From a virus (lineage: Duplodnaviria; Heunggongvirae; Uroviricota; Caudoviricetes), in IMG/VR virus record IMGVR_UViG_3300031787_000054: a stretch of DNA of 64,000 nt; one strand, given 5' to 3'. Of the stretch, positions 20,706-29,106 are shown piece after piece. The translations under genes were made by a program, and so were the position numbers. Under the pieces are notes generated by a model that had not been told where the DNA came from, did no database searches, and saw nothing but the letters and a program-made list of their open reading frames with translations. Position 1 is the first letter of the stretch. Each line of letters begins with the position of its first letter.

Positions 20706-20859
20706 TGTCTCTACACCTAAAAGTAAAACTTTCTTCAGTAAAATGTATACTATCTAATCCTCTATTACAACTACAAAAATTCTTTGCGAATTTAACTGCT
20801 AATTCTTTTTTATCTACACCACACGATACTAACAACAATAAAATAATTAATTTATACAA
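20638..20859 (-). CDS. small lipoprotein
   Basis: Signal peptide with a lipobox-like LLVSCG. 73 aa. Confidence 0.4.
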   Translation of the reverse strand: MYKLIILLLLVSCGVDKKELAVKFAKNFCSCNRGLDSIHFTEESFTFRCRDNASYGKEVVYDSLYYGRVCEKK

Positions 20860-21106
20860 ACAAACCTCCTATTAGACCTGCTAATAAAATTATTAAAGGA
20901 ATTATTGTAAGATAAAAGTACAGGATTAACATAAATAAGTTAACGAAAGGAATAAAAGATAGACCAAATAGGTATCTCAAAGCATCTTCTTTATAATCGA
21001 ATCCATATTTCAATACCAAAACACAAAGTAAATTTAGAAGCACAGCAAAGACATAGGCAGTTAAGTTTTCTTTAATGTCTTTCTTTTGTTTCTTTGTTAA
21101 TTTCAT
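20852..21106 (-). CDS. membrane protein
   Basis: 84 aa, two to three TM helices. Confidence 0.4.
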   Translation of the reverse strand: MKLTKKQKKDIKENLTAYVFAVLLNLLCVLVLKYGFDYKEDALRYLFGLSFIPFVNLFMLILYFYLTIIPLIILLAGLIGGLFV

Positions 21107-21369
21107 TTAAAATCCTCTACTGTATCTAATATTATTGCATCTTTTGGTTGATTCTTTATAAAATCGTCAATCTTATGAAGAGGTATTAATATACTAGGTT
21201 GTGTAGCATTATCTAACCCTATCAAAAAGAAAGCATAATTATTTATCATACTAACTGATGTTATTGTTTTGTATCCGATAATGTTATTAGTTCCTGCTTC
21301 CGTAATTGGATATAATAGTCCTAGTAAGCTGTATCCGTTCATAATTATTCCTCCATAAAAGCATAGCAA
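21103..21369 (-). CDS. hypothetical protein
   Basis: 88-aa ORF. Confidence 0.35.
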   Translation of the reverse strand: MLCFYGGIIMNGYSLLGLLYPITEAGTNNIIGYKTITSVSMINNYAFFLIGLDNATQPSILIPLHKIDDFIKNQPKDAIILDTVEDFK

Positions 21370-21620
21370 TTATACAAACAGTTTTTCTGTTTATCTGTAA
21401 TATTATATCCTTTAATTACTTTATTTGCAATATCTAAATTCATCTGTCTGTATACTTTTGTTATTTTATCTTGATTATCTAATATATGTTTAGCTAGATC
21501 GTTTATGCTCCAAGCTTCTTTAGCTTCAATATATCTATCAGCTAATGATGCTTGGTATTCTAATGATGATTGGTATTCTATGTAATATTCTGCATCTATT
21601 AAGTCTCTAAAAATACTCAT
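21345..21620 (-). CDS. hypothetical protein
   Basis: 91-aa ORF. Confidence 0.35.
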   Translation of the reverse strand: MSIFRDLIDAEYYIEYQSSLEYQASLADRYIEAKEAWSINDLAKHILDNQDKITKVYRQMNLDIANKVIKGYNITDKQKNCLYNCYAFMEE

Positions 21621-21621
21621 T

Positions 21622-21870
21622 TTATTTCCTTTTAAATGGTTTGTAGTTTAGTATCTTATATAGTAGTCCATTTTCAAATATAGCAGAATCCCATATCATG
21701 ATAATTATAGCAACAATGGATACAAATAAAACTGCTGGTAAACATGTTAAAGAGAATAAAATATGCTTCATAGCTATACCTTGTATTCCTTCTTCAGTTA
21801 AGAATTCTAGTACTAAGGATGTAGACCAAAAATTATAAGCAAAATAAATAATACTAAGTATAGTAATCAT
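21622..21870 (-). CDS. membrane protein
   Basis: 82 aa, two TM helices. Confidence 0.4.
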   Translation of the reverse strand: MITILSIIYFAYNFWSTSLVLEFLTEEGIQGIAMKHILFSLTCLPAVLFVSIVAIIIMIWDSAIFENGLLYKILNYKPFKRK

Positions 21871-21946
21871 AATTTCCTATTTAACCACACAAGAAGCTTT
21901 AACTCTAATCTTATCTGGTTTATTGTTATTAGTTTCATGTTCCATT

Positions 21947-22147
21947 TTAACTATCCTTAGGATAAACCAATCCGATGAAGAAAGACGCTACACTAAATAG
22001 ACCCAAAAACCAAGCACTTGATAATTTTGTTATCAGGTTTAATTCATCTCCTAGTGTTACATTATTGATCTGATAGATACTAATACCAGTAGCTAATACT
22101 GCTGACGTTAGGCTTGTTAGTAGAACTTTTTGTTTAATGTTTTTCAT
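21947..22147 (-). CDS. membrane protein
   Basis: 66 aa, two TM helices. Confidence 0.4.
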   Translation of the reverse strand: MKNIKQKVLLTSLTSAVLATGISIYQINNVTLGDELNLITKLSSAWFLGLFSVASFFIGLVYPKDS

Positions 22148-22157
22148 AAATTCTCCT

Positions 22158-23234
22158 TTATTCTTCTTTTTTGATTACTTGACTATAATCATCTTTGTGA
22201 CATATTTCATAGAAAGCACACTTACCATATGGTTTTATGCACGATTGTAAGTTTCTAGGAAATATACCTGTTTTAATTGCTGAATTAACCATATTCATAT
22301 TTTCAATAACTATCTCTTCTAACTTCTCTGGTATCTCATTAATTATAATTTGTGTGAATATACTAGGATTAAGCTTCTCGTTCCATTCACCCTCACAACG
22401 TTCACCTTCAATGATATTACTGCAAGTTTTATGTCTTCCACCTGTACCATCAAATCCACACTTAGAACATATTTTAATCTTGTTCTTTCTAATGTGTTTA
22501 TTTAGTACAAAGAATCCAGCGTGTCTTGTATGACCGAAGTCTGAGCTTAGTCCATGCACATATAAACTTAATTGTGGGCTAGTTATTACAGCATTATCCT
22601 CGTACATTTTGCTTGATGTTTTAAAGTCTAGAATAATAGGAGCATCGTATCCTTTCCATTTAACGACAGCATCTGCATAACCAATGATACTATCACCTTC
22701 ACTATTAGCTAGTTCAACTTTAACTTGCGTACCTAGTACTTCTGTTACATTATTTTTTATCTGTTTAATTGCTTCTTCCACCATCAGAAGCCCTTTAATA
22801 CGCATTACATGCCAGTTAATGAAGTTTAGTTCTTTCTTCCTAGCTTCTGGTAGGTTGTCATATCCTACTGTGTCTTTAAGCTCATAAAGCTTGTCTACTT
22901 GTTCTTTAGAAGGTAAGTCGTCACCTAGTCCAGATAACTGTTCTAATACTTCATAATCGAAATCAGAATTAGCATATACTATATTAGTTGCAGATATTAA
23001 TTGAGTTGATACACCATTTAGTTTTTGTTCAGTCCAAGTATCCATAAACATTTTCTTAGTTTGGTCTTCGTCTTTTGTTTTAAGAAATGTTTCTAGTGCC
23101 TTATCTAAGGCTGTACCGAATAACAAAGCTGATGAGTGCAAGTTGCCCCTATATCCTTTTTTGTAATGAAGTTCCCAAGCTTTAGAACAATCAGTGTATT
23201 TAGTTACTGATGAGTGAGATAGTTTATTATTCAT
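22158..23234 (-). CDS. PD-(D/E)XK nuclease with Cys cluster (Cas4/RecB-like exonuclease)
   Basis: N-terminal Cys (CSKAW). PD-(D/E)XK-like D...ILDFK motif. C-terminal CSKCG...C...C cluster consistent with a 4Fe-4S Cas4-like nuclease. Confidence 0.5.
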   Translation of the reverse strand: MNNKLSHSSVTKYTDCSKAWELHYKKGYRGNLHSSALLFGTALDKALETFLKTKDEDQTKKMFMDTWTEQKLNGVSTQLISATNIVYANSDFDYEVLEQLSGLGDDLPSKEQVDKLYELKDTVGYDNLPEARKKELNFINWHVMRIKGLLMVEEAIKQIKNNVTEVLGTQVKVELANSEGDSIIGYADAVVKWKGYDAPIILDFKTSSKMYEDNAVITSPQLSLYVHGLSSDFGHTRHAGFFVLNKHIRKNKIKICSKCGFDGTGGRHKTCSNIIEGERCEGEWNEKLNPSIFTQIIINEIPEKLEEIVIENMNMVNSAIKTGIFPRNLQSCIKPYGKCAFYEICHKDDYSQVIKKEE

Positions 23235-23316
23235 TGTATTCCTGTTTTAGTTATTGTAATAAGCACACCAACTAGAAAACCTAAGATAAATATAATTCCA
23301 GCATTAATTATTTTTT

Positions 23317-23598
23317 CTAACATGCTTGTTTCTTTTTAAGAAAGAATTCTAAAATACTTAAATCTGCTTTTGTATGATTGCACTCATTGCAACAAACTAC
23401 TAGATTATCAATTCTATTTGAACCACCGTTAGATAAGGGAACTAAGTGATCAATAGTTACGTAATCTTTTTCTTTTGAATTATGGAATTGCATATTCTTG
23501 GAACAATATTCACAAACATACTTACCGTTTAATTGAAGATTTCTTTTAATTAGATTTCTTCTGTTCCTTTGATACTGACCGTTTCCACGAGATGCCAT
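23317..23598 (-). CDS. HNH endonuclease
   Basis: CEYC...DHLVPLSNGGSNRIDNLVVCCNECNHTK is the classic HNH motif. Confidence 0.8.
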   Translation of the reverse strand: MASRGNGQYQRNRRNLIKRNLQLNGKYVCEYCSKNMQFHNSKEKDYVTIDHLVPLSNGGSNRIDNLVVCCNECNHTKADLSILEFFLKKKQAC

Positions 23599-23618
23599 TA
23601 ATACCTCCTAATGACATC

Positions 23619-23654
23619 TCCACTATACCACATTTTCTTTATTTTGTCAAGAAC
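23619..23654 (-). promoter_or_regulatory. conserved promoter copy upstream of the HNH/nuclease operon
   Basis: TTGACA (23650-23645), 17-nt spacer, TATAGT (23627-23622). Confidence 0.6.
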
Positions 23655-23824
23655 TTTTTTACGTCTGAATAAGATATGAAGGCTGGAAGGAATTCACCTT
23701 CCAGTGTTAGAGAATAACCAGCTACAGATTCTATTGCTTTAACTTCAATTATCTTTTTATAATCAAGTATGTTGCCGTCTATATCTTTAATTGGGAATTT
23801 TTTACCGATTAAATGTTCTAACAT
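23639..23824 (-). CDS. hypothetical protein
   Basis: 61-aa ORF. Confidence 0.35.
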   Translation of the reverse strand: MLEHLIGKKFPIKDIDGNILDYKKIIEVKAIESVAGYSLTLEGEFLPAFISYSDVKKFLTK

Positions 23825-23831
23825 ATTCCTC

Positions 23832-24281
23832 CTAAAAATCTAATCCTAAGCCTAACATTAAAGTACCGTTGCTAATTGCTTGACCGTTGATTGACATTTT
23901 ATCATCTAATAATCTATCAAAGCCGATACCGATTAATTCTTCTTGTTCTGTTCTAACTTTAACAGTGTCTTTCTTTCTATTCACAGAAAACCCGTTAGGT
24001 CCAACACCAGCCATCACTCTAACTCTATTTTTATTTGATTCTTTTTGTTTTTCTTTAAAAATCAGAGGTTTGTCTTTTTTATTATCTTCAGTTAAAATTG
24101 CGGAAATATTCACTTTGGCTTTTCTTTTAACTACCATGTATTTATTACCATCAAAATTATATGTCTCACCATTCTTTAATGTGACAGTGATTTTTGAATC
24201 CTTAAATAATTTAGGAACTTCAATTTCTTCAGCAAAACAATTCACAGTAAATACTAATAATATCAATATGATTAATTTCAT
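23832..24281 (-). CDS. secreted protein
   Basis: N-terminal signal peptide (MKLIILILLVFTVNCFAEE). 149 aa. Confidence 0.45.
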   Translation of the reverse strand: MKLIILILLVFTVNCFAEEIEVPKLFKDSKITVTLKNGETYNFDGNKYMVVKRKAKVNISAILTEDNKKDKPLIFKEKQKESNKNRVRVMAGVGPNGFSVNRKKDTVKVRTEQEELIGIGFDRLLDDKMSINGQAISNGTLMLGLGLDF

Positions 24282-24291
24282 TTCAAACTCC

Positions 24292-24912
24292 TTAGTTAAA
24301 TGTTACAATTCTAATACCAGAACTACCTAAGCTAAATCCTATCTTATTTCCTGAGAACCAAAAACTTTCTCCGTTTGATAATTCATCAACTTTATGCGAG
24401 TTACTACAACTAGAAGAAGTAAACACTCCTACGTTATTACCATTCACTTTTGTATAATATGATGTGCCAGAAACTTGAGTACATGAACTAGATGAACTTG
24501 AATTAATTGTTACTAACGTACCTGCGTCACCTTCTGCACCTTGAGGACCAACAGGACCTTGTTCTCCATTTTGACCAGCAGGACCTTGTGGACCCACTTC
24601 ACCTTCTGGACCTTGCTCTCCTTGCAGACCTTGTTCACCTTGTAAACCATTTAATCCGTTACAAATAATAATACTGTTTTGATATATGTCACCTTCAGAT
24701 GCAGTTAAGCTATCATCTGTGTCTAAGTAAATGTCTGTACTTTTGCCACCAGTTGGACATAATAATCCCTCATCAATAATACTAATTTCAGATACCAATG
24801 AATGTGCTGATTTACCGTTTTCACCGTTGATACCACTTGAACCTTTTTGTAAAGTTAGTTTTCTTTCTTTTCCACAACTAATAACTAAAAACAGTAACAT
24901 TAATAATTTCAT
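24292..24912 (-). CDS. collagen-triple-helix-repeat lipoprotein
   Basis: Lipobox-like LFLVISCG signal. About 20 G-x-y triplets ([43 protein letters not shown]). Ser-rich C-terminal domain. Confidence 0.6.
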   Translation of the reverse strand: MKLLMLLFLVISCGKERKLTLQKGSSGINGENGKSAHSLVSEISIIDEGLLCPTGGKSTDIYLDTDDSLTASEGDIYQNSIIICNGLNGLQGEQGLQGEQGPEGEVGPQGPAGQNGEQGPVGPQGAEGDAGTLVTINSSSSSSCTQVSGTSYYTKVNGNNVGVFTSSSCSNSHKVDELSNGESFWFSGNKIGFSLGSSGIRIVTFN

Positions 24913-24921
24913 CGTTTCTCC

Positions 24922-25110
24922 TTATTTTTCTACACAAATAGCTTTTATTTGTAGTTTTTCTTTGTTTTTACTATTCGATTCTTCTTCCATTCTAATTAAT
25001 TCACTTATTGCTTTTTGACAAAGAGCCGTTTCTTTGAACTCTTGTGTTCCAGATGTTATACTACCACCAGCGTAAAGTATGTAATAAATTAATACTATAG
25101 TTGCTTGCAT
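24922..25110 (-). CDS. hypothetical protein
   Basis: 62-aa ORF. Confidence 0.3.
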   Translation of the reverse strand: MQATIVLIYYILYAGGSITSGTQEFKETALCQKAISELIRMEEESNSKNKEKLQIKAICVEK

Positions 25111-25159
25111 TTAATCCTTTCCAAGTTCTTCCTTTACTAATATTGTAGAAGGATTAACT

Positions 25160-25468
25160 TTATAATTTTTCCAACTTATCTACTTCTTCTTGTACTTTCT
25201 TAACCTGCTTAGTATAACTGGATACTATGCTATTAAGTATATCTATGCCATATCCTTTATTTTGCGCTTTTTCATTTCTTCTTTTTGTAAAATGTTCTAG
25301 CTTACCTGTTAAATGTTTTAGTTTACTTCTTAGTGATTTCAATTTCTTATTCTTCCCACTAATCTTAGAAGGAGCTGACTCCCTATACTGGTCACCTTGA
25401 ACTAATTCTAATTCTTGTTGTATCTGATCTTTTGTCTTCTTCACTCTTTGTTTTCTTCCAGATTTCAT
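25160..25468 (-). CDS. Lys-rich basic protein
   Basis: 102-aa highly basic helical ORF. Confidence 0.35.
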   Translation of the reverse strand: MKSGRKQRVKKTKDQIQQELELVQGDQYRESAPSKISGKNKKLKSLRSKLKHLTGKLEHFTKRRNEKAQNKGYGIDILNSIVSSYTKQVKKVQEEVDKLEKL

Positions 25469-25613
25469 AGAACTTCTTTTCTCCTAATACTTTCTTTGCT
25501 TTTTGTAAAACAATAGGTAATGTTATTGGTTTGTTTTCATTCTCACGTAAAGTTGGCAACACTATTGCTCTAACAAAGAATTTAACTGCGTTCTTAGCTT
25601 CTTTTCTTGTCAT
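25392..25613 (-). CDS. hypothetical protein
   Basis: 73-aa ORF overlapping the previous one in another frame. Confidence 0.3.
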   Translation of the reverse strand: MTRKEAKNAVKFFVRAIVLPTLRENENKPITLPIVLQKAKKVLGEKKFYEIWKKTKSEEDKRSDTTRIRISSR

Positions 25614-25620
25614 ATAATCC

Positions 25621-26832
25621 TTAATGAAAGTCTGAGTTATCTTTATCTAAGTATGCTTCTGAAATCCATTTTAATGACTTCCTGTTGTTTGGACAGAACT
25701 TATCATTGTATGATTCAATAGATTTAATAACTACACCTTCTCTGATTTTTTGTTCTGGACAATATACTGAATCACCTTTAGTTAATTCATATACTTTTTC
25801 TTTATTAAAAGGACCTTCGTATAATACTGGAACAACATCAAATCCTCTTTCTTCTGCATACTGACGAACTTCTTTAGGACTTAACCATACGTGTTCACTG
25901 TTATCTAATGTTTTTTTAACATCAAATAAAACAAAATGATGTCTGTCTTTAAATCCATAATCGTAATTCTTTTGGATTCCTTGACCAATTAGCTCACCAT
26001 AAATAGTTTCACCTTCTTTAATCTTATCTTTAGCCTTAACACCTTTTAAAACATTACCATATACATCTTCACCATAGAAACCAGAGTATCCGACTCTGTT
26101 AGTAAGTTCTACGTTATTAGACCCATAACAGAACTCGTATTTAGGTAATAGACCTAGCTTTCCAGAAACGATTCTTTTTAGCATATTTAAGCTCGAAAGA
26201 AGAATGGTCTTAGTATCTCCTTTCCTTGTTTTAAGTTGATTTAAGCACCCAAAGAATTCGTTTAAAGACGGAATTACTGTTGGTAACATAGATGCTCTAC
26301 AGTTACTTCCATGCAATTTTTCCTCAACTACAACTAACTCTCCTTCAGTGAATAGGTTTGGAAACCATTTTACGTTTTCTAGTCCGTTATATTTATGAAA
26401 TAATGGGTTCTCTAGTGGTTTGTTTCTAGATGTTTTAAGTCTAGGAGTAAACTCAGGAGCAGGTGGTTCGTATTTAATAATACCTAACGATTCAGATAAA
26501 TCATCCTCTAGTGAAAACTTAGATACATCAGTAAATTCTGATATTTCTTCTTTAGATATCAGCATACCCTGAGAAGCAAATCCTCTAATACGAATTTGTC
26601 TAACTCTTGAATTATGTAGCTTGATCTTACTTCCTTCTGGAAATAATTTAGATTCTAAGTTATTAGGTAATACTGAATCAATTGGAACGTAGATAATCTC
26701 ATCTCCCACAACGTATTTGTTTTTTGGAATTACCACATGAAATCCATATACGATTGCAATTTCTAATCGTTCAGCGTTTGAGTGAGGATATATCTCTAAT
26801 ATTTGAGTCAGTGGTGTTTTAAATAATGACAT
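25621..26832 (-). CDS. ATP-dependent RNA ligase (Rnl2/Rnl5-like nucleotidyltransferase with N-terminal extension)
   Basis: Motif I lysine in EEKLHGSN at about residue 172, resembling the KxHGxN of the Rnl2 family. About 160 aa of OB-like sequence precede it, as in Deinococcus/Naegleria-type Rnl5. Confidence 0.65.
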   Translation of the reverse strand: MSLFKTPLTQILEIYPHSNAERLEIAIVYGFHVVIPKNKYVVGDEIIYVPIDSVLPNNLESKLFPEGSKIKLHNSRVRQIRIRGFASQGMLISKEEISEFTDVSKFSLEDDLSESLGIIKYEPPAPEFTPRLKTSRNKPLENPLFHKYNGLENVKWFPNLFTEGELVVVEEKLHGSNCRASMLPTVIPSLNEFFGCLNQLKTRKGDTKTILLSSLNMLKRIVSGKLGLLPKYEFCYGSNNVELTNRVGYSGFYGEDVYGNVLKGVKAKDKIKEGETIYGELIGQGIQKNYDYGFKDRHHFVLFDVKKTLDNSEHVWLSPKEVRQYAEERGFDVVPVLYEGPFNKEKVYELTKGDSVYCPEQKIREGVVIKSIESYNDKFCPNNRKSLKWISEAYLDKDNSDFH

Positions 26833-26851
26833 AACCCTCCAGTTATAAAAT

Positions 26852-26939
26852 GAAGTTAGGTAGCGAGTTAAATACTGTCCGAAGTAACTTTAGACGCATT
26901 TTGGTTCGAATCCATAACTAACAGTCTGGACCTAACTTC
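26852..26939 (+). other. tRNA-like T-loop element enclosed by a 10-bp inverted repeat
   Basis: Canonical GGTTCGAATCC at 26903-26913. GAAGTTAGGT (26852-61) pairs perfectly with ACCTAACTTC (26930-39). No canonical cloverleaf could be folded by hand. Confidence 0.3.
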
Positions 26940-26942
26940 AAA

Positions 26943-26978
26943 TTCACTATATCACATTTTTTGATTTTTGTCAAGAAC
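26943..26978 (-). promoter_or_regulatory. conserved promoter copy upstream of the RNA ligase
   Basis: TTGACA (26974-26969), 17-nt spacer, TATAGT (26951-26946). Confidence 0.6.
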
Positions 26979-27439
26979 TATTTCACGTAAATTAAAATTT
27001 CACTATCACCTGTTACTTTATTGATTATTTCTTCAATCTTAGTCCAATCTCCTCCACCTAATCCACTGCCAATTTTAGGCATAGCTACAATCTTACCTTT
27101 ATCCAAGTACTTTCTTTTAATTTCATTCATACATTGTTCAATAGCATCATAGTCGATATATTGTTTTCCATCATATCCGTATTTATCCTGTGTGAAACAG
27201 TTTAGTATTGTTAGTTTATCGGAAACTTTAACAGGTTGAACCATGCCTAGTAATAAGCCTGTTCCAAAGTTCAACAATTTGTAATGTTCACATAATCCGT
27301 GATAGTTTTCCTTCACAACGGGGTATTTTTCTAACATTGTTTTAGCTACACCTGAGCCAAACTTACTCTGACAGTTTACACCATGAGCGATTACTCCCTC
27401 TGTTACATCAAATAAATCACCTTGTACGTATTTAATCAT
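26978..27439 (-). CDS. macro-domain protein (ADP-ribose binding/hydrolase)
   Basis: GDLF...GVIAHGVNC...GSGVA... and GGGDW fit the macro / Appr-1''-p processing fold. Confidence 0.65.
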   Translation of the reverse strand: MIKYVQGDLFDVTEGVIAHGVNCQSKFGSGVAKTMLEKYPVVKENYHGLCEHYKLLNFGTGLLLGMVQPVKVSDKLTILNCFTQDKYGYDGKQYIDYDAIEQCMNEIKRKYLDKGKIVAMPKIGSGLGGGDWTKIEEIINKVTGDSEILIYVK

Positions 27440-28308
27440 TAGAAATCTCCTTTGGCTACTTGTAGTACTTTCAATCCTTTACTTCTTAACATGTCTACTA
27501 CCTGTTGTCTATCATCTAGAGCAAAGAATATATTATACTTAGGTAGTATTTCGTATTCTAATAAAACTTCTTTAGTGATATTGTCTTGTCTAAAGTCTCC
27601 ACTGTATCGCATAAATAATTCATCATAAGGTATATCATGTTTGTTTAACCATTCTTCTGTTTGTTTTCTGTAATCGTCTGGACGACCTGAACACAATACT
27701 ATTTTCATTCCTGTTTCTTTGTATGTTCTAAGTATATGAATTATTTCCATTATAGGTTTATCTTCTGGCATTGTACTAAAGAATAGTTTCCAATCTTTCT
27801 TTCCTTCTCCACGAACAAAGTTTAATCTATGGCTTAAATCCGCGATAGTACCATCAATATCGCAATATATTGCTTGTTCTTTATCTTTAAGTAATCCCTT
27901 TTCAGTAATGATTATGTCAGCTTCTTCTGAACTAATAGGTTGAAACTTAGACAGGAAAGTATCAAGTGCAGACCTTGCTTCTTTATAACAGGTAATAGTT
28001 GGGTGATTTGTTCTTTGTTCCATTCTTCTTAGACATTCTTTTGTTTGAACAATAAAAGAAAAGATAGCTGTTTCATAACCGTGTTCCTTTGCAACAGAAA
28101 GGTATCTATTTCGTTGTTCTTTACTAAAGTTCATACGATCTACAACAATCTTCTGTCCTGCTTCTATTGCGTCTTTAAACGCTTTTAAATGCCCATCTTT
28201 ACCTTGATCGTCTTGAGATATACGAACATATCCTGTTAACTCCAACTTAGAAGCAAATGTTGACTTACCAGAACCAGGAGGACCAACTAATACAATACAA
28301 TGTTTCAT
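27439..28308 (-). CDS. polynucleotide 5'-kinase / 3'-phosphatase
   Basis: N-terminal P-loop VLVGPPGSGKST. C-terminal HAD phosphatase motif YCDIDGTIAD. Layout matches T4 Pnk. Confidence 0.85.
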   Translation of the reverse strand: MKHCIVLVGPPGSGKSTFASKLELTGYVRISQDDQGKDGHLKAFKDAIEAGQKIVVDRMNFSKEQRNRYLSVAKEHGYETAIFSFIVQTKECLRRMEQRTNHPTITCYKEARSALDTFLSKFQPISSEEADIIITEKGLLKDKEQAIYCDIDGTIADLSHRLNFVRGEGKKDWKLFFSTMPEDKPIMEIIHILRTYKETGMKIVLCSGRPDDYRKQTEEWLNKHDIPYDELFMRYSGDFRQDNITKEVLLEYEILPKYNIFFALDDRQQVVDMLRSKGLKVLQVAKGDF

Positions 28309-28309
28309 A

Positions 28310-28537
28310 CTAATCCTTTTTAAATGAATCTATTTTATCACCTAGTATTTCGAATAATTCTGTTATTAGCATTATAATCATAAATAGAAACGCAACAATG
28401 TTGACGAGAGGAATTAAAGCAAACTCTCTTAACTCTTCGCTTTCATAATAATAAGAACCTAATATTACTGATATACTAGGAATTATGTAAACAATAGTCA
28501 ATGCTGAAATGTAAATAAATATGAAATAATCAATCAT
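28310..28537 (-). CDS. small membrane protein
   Basis: 75 aa, two TM helices. Confidence 0.4.
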   Translation of the reverse strand: MIDYFIFIYISALTIVYIIPSISVILGSYYYESEELREFALIPLVNIVAFLFMIIMLITELFEILGDKIDSFKKD

Positions 28538-28681
28538 ATTATTTCCTTTTTCTTAGTTCCTCAATTGTTTTGTTTCTTAGCTGATTGCTGAGCTGATCTC
28601 CGAGCTGACTGTAGAGCTGTATGTTGAGCTGACTAGCTTTTATTATTTTACTTCTTTTCATATTATTCTCCTTAAATAAAG

Positions 28682-28759
28682 TGAGATAGCTGAGAATCGA
28701 ACCCAGTCTTTCCTCTACCCAACGGGTCATCAAGGATGTTTACCAATCACCACTATCTC
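28682..28759 (-). tRNA. tRNA-like gene (perfect acceptor stem and canonical T-arm; anticodon arm not resolved)
   Basis: The minus strand reads GAGATAG...CTGGG-TTCGATT-CTCAG-CTATCTC-A. That gives a perfect 7-bp acceptor stem, a T-stem with a canonical TTCGATT T-loop, and a plausible D-arm (GGTG/CATC with GG in the loop). I could not fold a canonical anticodon stem by eye. No encoded CCA. Confidence 0.4.
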
Positions 28760-28803
28760 ATAAACAGCGAAACTCGCCACTCTCACAACTTCGTATGTGA
28801 CAC

Positions 28804-29091
28804 CTATTTATCTAATTTAAATTCATATTCTCCAAACAAGAAATCACTGATATTTATTTCAATCTTGTTGCATGACCAATATTCTCTTCTAACAAAAACC
28901 CAACCATGTCCATTCTTAGACGTGTCTTTGGTACAGTTTTTTACTAGTATTTTAGACAAAGGAGTGGTAGGGAATATAATCCAGTAATCGCTAAGGTCTT
29001 TCTTTGTATATTCTTCAACTATACGGATTGTATCGTTATAAATATAGAAAGATAAAATACCTAATAAAAATGCACCAATAAACGTTTTCAT
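28804..29091 (-). CDS. membrane-anchored protein
   Basis: N-terminal TM or signal-anchor segment. 95 aa. Confidence 0.4.
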   Translation of the reverse strand: MKTFIGAFLLGILSFYIYNDTIRIVEEYTKKDLSDYWIIFPTTPLSKILVKNCTKDTSKNGHGWVFVRREYWSCNKIEINISDFLFGEYEFKLDK

Positions 29092-29106
29092 TTTATATTC
29101 CTTTGA

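Noticed and set aside
26852-26939. Calling the GGTTCGAATCC element a standard tRNA gene
   Set aside because: No acceptor stem pairs with the sequence flanking the T-arm. The 10-bp closing stem is separated from the T-arm by 13 nt, and no D-arm or anticodon arm could be folded. It is kept only as a tRNA-like element.
28539-28733. 64-aa ORF whose first 24 codons cover the tRNA-like element
   Set aside because: The N-terminal part is a translation of the structured RNA (28682-28759). If a gene exists it starts at the internal Met near 28661, leaving about 40 aa.
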